From IMG/VR virus record IMGVR_UViG_3300036985_006248, positions 96,001 to 160,000 of that record: a stretch of 64,000 bases of DNA; one strand, given 5' to 3'. This DNA comes from a virus. Position 1 is the stretch's first letter. The number at the start of each line of letters is the position of its first letter. The notes below the pieces were generated by a model. That model was not told where the DNA came from. It saw only the letters and a program-made list of their open reading frames with translations, and searched no databases. The position numbers and the translations under genes are program-made. Shown in pieces: positions 56,835 to 64,000 of the stretch.

Positions 56835-58595
56835 TTATCCTTCTAAGTCCTCGACCACAACAATTCCGTACATGTCTGGGCGAACCATTGCCTTACCATA
56901 ACGGGTCAACACAGCCTTGCGGGGTGTGAAGGTGTTTGGATCGAAGATTGTTGGGGTGCTTTGTAGCGGAACGTAAGGGGCGTATACATAACCACTTTCG
57001 AGGAAGCTTCCACCCTTGCGACCAACAAGGATTACGTTACGAATGAAGTATGGGTGAACAATGATATCCCATTTCTTATTCATATCACCAACCTTAACTG
57101 CACCGACTGCGCCTTTTTCTGCATCATTTGTTACTGATGCGCGGAAGCCGCTGGTGAATTCAAGGATATTGGCAACTTCTGGTGAGCAAACGAGGAAGTT
57201 TGCGCCGCCGCGAAGCGTCTTGCGGTGAATCAATGCCGATACATCGTTAACGGTTTCAACGAGGGTTTCATACCACATTGATACGTTACCAGTGAAGTCC
57301 GGTGGTGCTGTATAAGCGCCAACACCGATATCTGCGCCAGTTGAACGGTTAACGAACTTACCCGGACGACGTGACCAATACTTGACACCAGCAGTTGCAC
57401 CCTTAACCAAGTCATTCAAGATTTCTTGGTCGATTTCAAGACCAATTTGTTCTGAAAGGATGCTGGTTAATTCAACTTCTGCATCGAGGTTGTGGTATGC
57501 GTTCAAATCTTGACCTAATTCCGGGGTCCATGATGCCTTGAGCTTACGAGTACGAGCAGTGATTGAGAAACTGTCAACCTTTAATTCAACTTCTGGAATT
57601 TCGGCTGTGCCTTCAAGAGTCCAAGGGCTAGCTCCAACAAGTGCGCCGAGGGCATTGGTGCCAACATTTTCAAGATTATCCTTGATTGGGTATGACAATA
57701 ATACGTCCGAACCAGTTACAACGCTAGCCAAAGCTGCTGCTGAACCAGAGGTTGCAAGAACAATTTGGAGGTTCTTAACGCCTGCAACATCGACTATTGA
57801 GGTTAAACGACGGATAACGGTTGCAGGACCGGTTAATGCTGAACCAGTTGCATCGCCTGCTGCGGCTGCCATAGGAGCGGCCAATTGAGCAATTGATGTA
57901 GCAAATACGTCTTTTTCTGCCAACAAACCGCTTTGTGATAATGCGGTGAGCGGTATGCGTAATACTGAGGCTGATGTAAACGTTACGGTGTCCAATAAGT
58001 CAGGATCCCAACGAATTAAAGCCTTTTGAGCATCCGTTGCAGCAGCCAAACCGAATGCTGCGGCAGTTGCAACGCTAGCAGTTGGAACTGATGCATGGTA
58101 GCGTGAGGTATTATAACCATTTGCTAAGTTATAGAAACCCTTTTCTGTTTGTGCGCCATCGAGACGTACACCAGCGGTGATTTCAACACCCAAACGATCG
58201 CCAAAGAATGAATCATTCTTGGTGAATACGCGATCACCAACGTTACCAACGCTTGTGCCACGCTTGAAATCCATGAAGAATACAAGACCTGACGGCAAGC
58301 TCATTGGTTGAACTGAGACTAAATCGTTAGCAATTAAGCCAGCGAATACTCTGCGAACAATTGGGAAAGCTACAGCAGCGAAACCTTGAACATCACCTCC
58401 TGCCATCGTGGTCGCTTCACGTAGTAACTCTTTTGCTTGGTTCTCTAATAACACTGCCATTGTTGACTTTTGGCGTTCTGTCTTCAAACCTTCCAAAAGA
58501 CCTGACTTTTGCCACTTTCCTACTATTGCTTTGGTTTCTGCTAACATGTTGCGTTCAACGACGCCTTCAGTTAACCGTTCTAATACGTTACTCAT
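56835..58595 (-). CDS. Major capsid protein (T4 gp23-like)
   Basis: LLENQ, VQPM..PSGL.F, RKLKA.WT.EL.QDL.A.H..DAE.EL, YAPYVPL, TRYG. Confidence 0.96.
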   Translation of the reverse strand: MSNVLERLTEGVVERNMLAETKAIVGKWQKSGLLEGLKTERQKSTMAVLLENQAKELLREATTMAGGDVQGFAAVAFPIVRRVFAGLIANDLVSVQPMSLPSGLVFFMDFKRGTSVGNVGDRVFTKNDSFFGDRLGVEITAGVRLDGAQTEKGFYNLANGYNTSRYHASVPTASVATAAAFGLAAATDAQKALIRWDPDLLDTVTFTSASVLRIPLTALSQSGLLAEKDVFATSIAQLAAPMAAAAGDATGSALTGPATVIRRLTSIVDVAGVKNLQIVLATSGSAAALASVVTGSDVLLSYPIKDNLENVGTNALGALVGASPWTLEGTAEIPEVELKVDSFSITARTRKLKASWTPELGQDLNAYHNLDAEVELTSILSEQIGLEIDQEILNDLVKGATAGVKYWSRRPGKFVNRSTGADIGVGAYTAPPDFTGNVSMWYETLVETVNDVSALIHRKTLRGGANFLVCSPEVANILEFTSGFRASVTNDAEKGAVGAVKVGDMNKKWDIIVHPYFIRNVILVGRKGGSFLESGYVYAPYVPLQSTPTIFDPNTFTPRKAVLTRYGKAMVRPDMYGIVVVEDLEG

Positions 58596-58621
58596 TTTTT
58601 ATATCTCCTTTAAGATAGTTT

Positions 58622-59971
58622 TTATTTAATGCCCGCGAGGGCTTTTAGTCTTTCTGCCATAAGGTCGCTAATGCTGTTTGTGGCAGTCTTCTTTACTACA
58701 AAGGGCGATGCCGCTCTATTTAACGCTTCGCGGAGAGATTGAGGAGCTTCTTGCTCTTTCGTTGTATGCTCTACCGCATTTTGAACCGTCTCATAAATCG
58801 TTTTCGCCGCTAATACACTATCTGCTTTGGAAATAGATTCGACAATATTTTGTTTTTGTCGCTCATTCAAGGAGATATTACCTAATGCTTTATTAGTGTA
58901 TAAAAGTTTTGCATTTAAAACATTTATTTTTTCAAGTTGGTCTTTTAACATTGCTACTGCACTCAGTGCTTCGTTATTAAGACTTTTGAGATCTAGGTTT
59001 TCTTTTGTTAAATCAACCATTTTTTCTTTTTCGACTTTGCGTTCTTCGGTGGCTTTTTCATCACGGGCGGCGGCTAGCTCAACGTTGCGTTGTTCACGCT
59101 TTTGTGTTTCTGTTGAACCCATCCAACCATCGCTTTGGTTACCGACTTTTAAGTCTACTTTTAATTGTTCTTCTAATTCTTCTAATTCTTGTTCTGTTAA
59201 TTCAATATCTTCTGCAATTGCATCGGCAGAAGGAATTGGTGTAACGGCTTGCGTAGCAGCTTGTGCTTTTTCGTCTTCTTCTGCCGCTTTAGCTTTGGCG
59301 GTGTTAGCTCTTACTTCTCTATCGGCTGCTTGTTTTTTTAAGTCTGCGGCTTGTTTCATGTCTTCTACACCAGCAGAGGCTACATCAGTTTCTTGTAATT
59401 CGATTTCTTCTAATTCTAAGCTTTCTTCGAATTCCATTTCATCGCTGCCGCCCAGACCATCTTCTTCCAACTCCATTTCTTCTTCCACTTCTAGTTCGTC
59501 AACGGCAATTTTAGCGCCTTTGACTTTGACAACCACTGGAGATGCTTTTCCTTGTGCTAGAGCATCTGGGGTTGAATCTTGCCCAACCGCATCATATGAT
59601 TCTTCTGCTACACCAAGCATTTCATTTAGTGTGGCTTTTATTTGATCAAAGTTGATTGTAATTATTTCATCGTCGTCGCCAGAAAAAGCACCGGGAACTT
59701 TAGAAAAAGCCTTATCGGTTTGTGGCATGCCCCCACCTGTATCTGCCATTGGATCTGTCCCAGCGGCACTTAAATCAGGCGTGGTGGGAGGTATAGCGGC
59801 ACCGGCATCAGCAGGAGGCGTGACAACTTCTTCTTGCTCTAATAACTTTTGAACTGTTTGTTTAAATTCTTGTGAATACTTTTCAATCAAGGCATTTTCG
59901 GCATTTTTCATGGCTGCTTCTTTTAAAGCAGCGGCATCAATCATAGCCTGTTGTAACAAATCTGATGACAT
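58622..59971 (-). CDS. Prohead core/scaffold protein
   Basis: Very acidic coiled coil directly upstream of MCP; NAKLLYTN; ends RLKALAGIK. Confidence 0.75.
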   Translation of the reverse strand: MSSDLLQQAMIDAAALKEAAMKNAENALIEKYSQEFKQTVQKLLEQEEVVTPPADAGAAIPPTTPDLSAAGTDPMADTGGGMPQTDKAFSKVPGAFSGDDDEIITINFDQIKATLNEMLGVAEESYDAVGQDSTPDALAQGKASPVVVKVKGAKIAVDELEVEEEMELEEDGLGGSDEMEFEESLELEEIELQETDVASAGVEDMKQAADLKKQAADREVRANTAKAKAAEEDEKAQAATQAVTPIPSADAIAEDIELTEQELEELEEQLKVDLKVGNQSDGWMGSTETQKREQRNVELAAARDEKATEERKVEKEKMVDLTKENLDLKSLNNEALSAVAMLKDQLEKINVLNAKLLYTNKALGNISLNERQKQNIVESISKADSVLAAKTIYETVQNAVEHTTKEQEAPQSLREALNRAASPFVVKKTATNSISDLMAERLKALAGIK

Positions 59972-60018
59972 TAATGATCTCCAGTACGCGAAAACAATAT
60001 AAATACTAATACTTTTAT

Positions 60019-60027
60019 TTAATTAGT
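60019..60027 (-). promoter_or_regulatory. Putative late promoter ACTAATTAA for scaffold-capsid operon
   Basis: Shared motif. Confidence 0.55.
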
Positions 60028-60052
60028 ATTATTCGATTCAAAGCGACAATTA

Positions 60053-60358
60053 TTATGACGTTTGCTTGGGTTTAGCAAACTTTTTGTTCTTCTTCTTGGG
60101 TTTTTGGGCAGGAGCATCAGACAATAATTTCTTTGCTGCCTTTTGTGCATTCCGTTTATATTCCATTTGACGTTGGCGTTCTTGAACGCTCGGCTTATCA
60201 AACCGCTTCGTATAAGAGGAGTTTTCATAAAGATATTCTAATAATGATTCTTTGCTGCAAGCTTTTAGAAACTTATTTATCATTCCTTCGTTTTTCTCTA
60301 ATGCCGGGGATTGCCCTTTTGGTAATTTTACTTCTAGATGAATTTGTGTATTGCTCAT
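60053..60358 (-). CDS. rpsU: Phage-encoded ribosomal protein bS21-like
   Basis: MINKFLKACSKESLL...KRFDKPSVQERQR matches bS21 ALRRFKR...GIL...YEKPS.KR; location next to capsid genes. Confidence 0.7.
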   Translation of the reverse strand: MSNTQIHLEVKLPKGQSPALEKNEGMINKFLKACSKESLLEYLYENSSYTKRFDKPSVQERQRQMEYKRNAQKAAKKLLSDAPAQKPKKKNKKFAKPKQTS

Positions 60359-60427
60359 GGTTTATTTTATTTCTTTCTTGCCTATTAGGCATTTATTATA
60401 ACAACTTTTTTAATTCTAAATATATTT

Positions 60428-60649
60428 TTATGCTTCGGTTGCAAGACGATCTGATTCTGCATAAAATATCAATGCGCCGCAGTAGGTGCATGGGTTTGAT
60501 ATGTAGAGAAGACCATCCGTACCAATAAATGAGGCAAAGTCAGAAGCAACAGAATTACCGTCTGGTTGTTGGCCTCCAGCGATAGGGCGGGGACGGTGGT
60601 TAATGGCATTAGGTGAAGAAGGGCAAATACCAACAGTTATGATTGACAT
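60428..60649 (-). CDS. Small hypothetical protein
   Basis: Likely start MSIITVG; CTYC. Confidence 0.45.
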   Translation of the reverse strand: MSIITVGICPSSPNAINHRPRPIAGGQQPDGNSVASDFASFIGTDGLLYISNPCTYCGALIFYAESDRLATEA

Positions 60650-60653
60650 ATTC

Positions 60654-61538
60654 TTAAATATCCTTTCCATAGATGGCAAAACCACTGCCAGAAGTAAGAT
60701 TTGTACCGTTTATGTCAATCATTCTCATAGAAGAAATTTGTGCAGTTGTATTCTGCCATTGTCCCTGTGCTAATGCTATACGCGGCGCGGCGGTGGCGGC
60801 GTTGGTGCTGGCCTCAGTTGTATCTATCTTAATCAGTTTAGGGATGGCTAAGGAGTTATTTATAAATAAGGCTCCAGTACGCCCACGCTGGATGGCGACA
60901 GGACCAAGTGCAATACCAGTTGCAGAAAGATTTTGTAAGTTGGTCCAAGTAGTACCACCAGAAGCAGAATATAAAAATCGAGTATTATAGTTTGTAGCAG
61001 TATCGCCATTAAATTGAAATCTTGCGATATCATTACCGGAGTAACCGTTTATTACAAACTGTACCATCAAGGTATTACGTGGAGTAAAAGTCACGGTGTT
61101 GGTGTTTGGGGTAGCGGTGGCAACGGCTGTACTTCCAAGAAACTCCCATCCTGCTACTGTGGTCGGAGCGGTCTTTTGTGAGCCATTGGTGGTATAGGTA
61201 TTTATACCACCATTTATATCATATACAAAATATTCACCAGCAGAAAGCAACATATCGCCAGTTAAATAATATTCTGTTCCGCTGACATCTTTTATAATAG
61301 TGATAGTTTGTGAAGCCGCGTCTCTATTACGAACAAAGATAGATTTGATTCTTCTAGTGGTTCCGCTTGCCGGTGCTGTAACCACTGTTGTTGTTGTGGC
61401 AGTGGTGATATTGCCTTGTGTACTTCCTAGGGTGAATATTCCAGCACTAGTGTAGTCGGCGTATTCTATATTATAATCAGTGGAAATGGCATCTGTTGTT
61501 ACTATCTCCAAAATTTCTGTGGTTGCATTAAGAAACAT
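60654..61538 (-). CDS. Thr-rich virion structural / fibre-associated protein
   Basis: Beta-rich; RFQFNGDT..NY and G.F.IYG C-terminus typical of phage fibre-tip domains. Confidence 0.55.
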   Translation of the reverse strand: MFLNATTEILEIVTTDAISTDYNIEYADYTSAGIFTLGSTQGNITTATTTTVVTAPASGTTRRIKSIFVRNRDAASQTITIIKDVSGTEYYLTGDMLLSAGEYFVYDINGGINTYTTNGSQKTAPTTVAGWEFLGSTAVATATPNTNTVTFTPRNTLMVQFVINGYSGNDIARFQFNGDTATNYNTRFLYSASGGTTWTNLQNLSATGIALGPVAIQRGRTGALFINNSLAIPKLIKIDTTEASTNAATAAPRIALAQGQWQNTTAQISSMRMIDINGTNLTSGSGFAIYGKDI

Positions 61539-63572
61539 TTATACTCTCCATAATATTCTTGCCAAGGTTTGTCCAACAGTAATAACACTAGAATCATTTA
61601 TTACAATACCAGAAGCTGTTATATTTGTAAAAATTATATTCGAGCCAGTAATAGTTGAACCTGTAATAGTTGTAAATTGTGCGGTAGTACCGCTAACATT
61701 AGCTTTAAAAGAACTAGTTCCAATTACTTCAAAATGGTCTTGAAATTTGGTTCCTGTACCACCACTAACATAAAGACCGGGAAATATTCTTAACTTGTCT
61801 TCGGCAGCATTAAATCTTACGTGAGCGTCGGATCCTAACTCATCGTGAGTATTGGAACCAGTGGTAGAACTAGAACCCCATAAAATTCCTGAACCATCTA
61901 GTATAGCGTGATCGGAAGACCCAGTTAATATAATTATGTATTTATCGCCAATGTTTAACGAACTTTGACTTAGAGTATTTAAAAAGCCAAAGCTTGCCGT
62001 TCCATTAACCGTTAGATTGTTTGCAAGAAATAACGAAGTTCCCGTGATAGCATTTGTAAAATTATTTACTGCTGTAAAAGTGTTAGAAGCGGTTAACTTT
62101 GCAAAATCAGTCTGGGAATATCCACCCAATAAAGCCGCTGTAGAAGCTGTGCCATTCAGACTGCCATTAAAAGTCGTAGCGGTGATAGAGGAAAAGCTTG
62201 CATTTGTGCCCGTTATATCATTGCTAAAAGTATTTACTGCTGTAAAAGTGTTACTTGATGCAATTTTTGCAAAGTCTGTTGAATGCTGGCCGTCGAGCAA
62301 ATTTGAATTATCAGAAAATGATGCTGTTCCAACTAGATGACCAGTTATTGTAGTGATGTTAGCGGCTGATGCAGTTATATCTGCGGCGTTTAAAGTTGTG
62401 AGGCTTAAATTAGAGAAGCTTAAATTAGAGGATGATAAGACACCATTTATATTTAATGAACCAGTAATATCATAATTTCCACTTAATTGGTTTGTATTAG
62501 TCCATACGCCGGTAGAGCCAGTGACATTATACATCCATAAGTTACCTTGAATATATGCAGAAGCACTGACAGATGATATATCATGAAAATATATTGGTTC
62601 AATTGAATTAACGTATATAGAACCGTTACTTGGATTGGCTCTTGTTACTATACCAATTATGGTTCTATCTAGTGGCGCGATAGGAGGAAATTTTGTATAT
62701 TCTCCAGCGATTTCTGATAACCAGACAGTATCTCCTGCTGTGTAGCCCGATGTATTTAGCCCGTTTACTACGCCTAGAGTGGTGACATAACCATCTGTGC
62801 CATGTTCAATATCATGAATAGCAATACCAAGAATATCGCTTCTTAACGAAGCGGTAACTAATGATTCATCAACAGCCTGTGCTAAGGCAATTGAGGGGCG
62901 ATCACCTACTGCGCCATTTATTACTACTGCTGACCCGTGGGTTATCAAGACGCCGGTTTGGTTACGAACGCGAACCCAGTTTTCTTGACCTACGCGCAAG
63001 GATATGTCTGCCTCTGCATTGTAAACAATCAAAGCTTCTTGGACATTATCCCAAAATATTCTACCATTTTTCCAAGCAGGTGTTGCTGAACCGGTATTAA
63101 AATCAATATAGTTCATATAAGCCGCAGTGCCGCTTATATCATTATCAAAGGTCTTAACACCAGCAAAAGTTTGTGATGATGTAGTCATCGCACCGTTCTG
63201 TGTGGCGCTAGACGCCGATAGAGAAAGAACCTGTGTGCCGTTAATCGATAAACCGTTTGCTACTCCCAAGGTCACTGCGTTATGAGAGCTTATTGCACCA
63301 GTGGGGAGATTAGTTAGATTGCTACCATCACCAAAGAAATATGAAGCGGAGATGTTTGCACTTGAACTGACGGGGGAATTAATAATTATTGTGTCTGCGG
63401 TACTAGAGCCTAATGTGACATTGTTTTTAAATTCAGCATTGGCCCAAACCGTCAAATTATCAACCGTGACATCATTATTTTCAGAGCCAGAAGACCCTAA
63501 AGTTATTGTATCAACGTTGGTTGAAGATACATCTAAACCAACAGAAGCAGATAATGGTGTTAAAACTTTCAT
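61539..63572 (-). CDS. Ser/Thr/Gly-rich virion fibre/decoration protein
   Basis: ITGS/SAS repeats, central cement-like domain (G.V.GLNTS.Y.AGD.VWLS), internal 56-aa repeat. Confidence 0.55.
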   Translation of the reverse strand: MKVLTPLSASVGLDVSSTNVDTITLGSSGSENNDVTVDNLTVWANAEFKNNVTLGSSTADTIIINSPVSSSANISASYFFGDGSNLTNLPTGAISSHNAVTLGVANGLSINGTQVLSLSASSATQNGAMTTSSQTFAGVKTFDNDISGTAAYMNYIDFNTGSATPAWKNGRIFWDNVQEALIVYNAEADISLRVGQENWVRVRNQTGVLITHGSAVVINGAVGDRPSIALAQAVDESLVTASLRSDILGIAIHDIEHGTDGYVTTLGVVNGLNTSGYTAGDTVWLSEIAGEYTKFPPIAPLDRTIIGIVTRANPSNGSIYVNSIEPIYFHDISSVSASAYIQGNLWMYNVTGSTGVWTNTNQLSGNYDITGSLNINGVLSSSNLSFSNLSLTTLNAADITASAANITTITGHLVGTASFSDNSNLLDGQHSTDFAKIASSNTFTAVNTFSNDITGTNASFSSITATTFNGSLNGTASTAALLGGYSQTDFAKLTASNTFTAVNNFTNAITGTSLFLANNLTVNGTASFGFLNTLSQSSLNIGDKYIIILTGSSDHAILDGSGILWGSSSTTGSNTHDELGSDAHVRFNAAEDKLRIFPGLYVSGGTGTKFQDHFEVIGTSSFKANVSGTTAQFTTITGSTITGSNIIFTNITASGIVINDSSVITVGQTLARILWRV
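62063..62253. repeat. Direct repeat, 23 nt identical core 168 nt apart (TDFAK..SNTFTAVN.F)
   Basis: TATTTACTGCTGTAAAAGTGTTA at 62063 and 62231. Confidence 0.8.
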
Positions 63573-63588
63573 TTACATGTTTCCTAAA

Positions 63589-63972
63589 TTATTTGCTTTT
63601 TTTTCCACTCATCGAATCCAGAGTTTGTTTCCAGACTTGTTTATTTCCCAATAAACCGCTAATGTCTACACCGGGATCTGCGCCTTTAACTTCAGCTTGC
63701 TCTCTTAATGGCTGTGTACCAGCAAACGCATCAAAGCCTGCACCACCTATATTATCTAACGCTCTTTTTCTTGCCTCTTGAAGAACCCTTTTTTGTTCAA
63801 CTGGCTCTTGTATTTGTCTTTGGGCTACTTTTGCTTGTTGTGGCATCACAGGGGCTTGTTGTGGCTTAACTGATTCAGCCAACATTTTTGCAAACCCTTC
63901 TTCAATTAAAACTTCTCTAAGACATTCTTTAATTAATGGTTTAATAATTTGTTTTAGTTCTTGTGATTTCAT
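63589..63972 (-). CDS. Hypothetical protein with leader motif
   Basis: MKSQELKQIIKPLIKEC; ATAATTAT motif upstream. Confidence 0.55.
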   Translation of the reverse strand: MKSQELKQIIKPLIKECLREVLIEEGFAKMLAESVKPQQAPVMPQQAKVAQRQIQEPVEQKRVLQEARKRALDNIGGAGFDAFAGTQPLREQAEVKGADPGVDISGLLGNKQVWKQTLDSMSGKKSK

Positions 63973-64000
63973 AATGCCTATAATTATATCAGTTCTCTAA

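Noticed and set aside
62063-62253. Diversity-generating retroelement TR/VR pair in the fibre gene
   Set aside because: Repeat is an in-frame intragenic duplication, differences are not adenine-specific, and no reverse transcriptase is present
17-63781. Numerous plus-strand ORFs in the track (for example 12122..12778, 47500..48210, 58827..59645)
   Set aside because: Antisense shadows of well-supported minus-strand genes, with Ser/Phe-rich composition mirroring Glu/Lys codons and no RBS or motifs
1-64000. Alternative genetic code (stop-codon reassignment seen in some large phages)
   Set aside because: Conserved genes (dnaE, nrdJ, sheath, capsid) are full length in code 11, and TAA, TAG and TGA all terminate genes at sensible ends
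1-64000. tRNA or rRNA genes
   Set aside because: No intergenic gap showed a cloverleaf with T-loop and D-loop consensus by eye; tRNAscan-SE would confirm

Overview
This is a 64-kb, AT-rich (roughly 35% GC by eye) segment of a large T4-like (jumbo) contractile-tailed phage genome. It is densely coded, with essentially all real genes on the minus strand in standard code 11. Right part (41-64 kb): virion module with fibre-like proteins, ribosomal bS21, scaffold, gp23-like major capsid, neck proteins, tail sheath, two tail tubes, a gp26-like chaperone with a probable programmed frameshift, tape measure and baseplate genes. Middle (27-41 kb): replication, recombination and nucleotide genes (family-A polymerase core, degenerate tubulin/FtsZ-like protein, gp32-like SSB, RecA/UvsX, UvsE, deaminase, 5'-3' exonuclease, DnaB helicase, thioredoxin, class II RNR with a mini-intein, GroES, ThyX). 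Left (0-27 kb): accessory genes, DnaE with a neighbouring GIY-YIG endonuclease, dUTPase, IMPDH, ClpP, GroEL and several enzymes carrying a shared N-terminal leader. Top finding: a two-gene unit (22038-22899) whose products resemble a type III secretion needle subunit (SctF) and inner rod (SctI) of myxobacterial type, with no other T3SS genes in the window. Other findings are a family of putative capsid-targeting leaders on enzyme cargo, a conserved late-promoter motif, and recurring promoter/hairpin overlaps. All family assignments come from motif recognition, not database searches.
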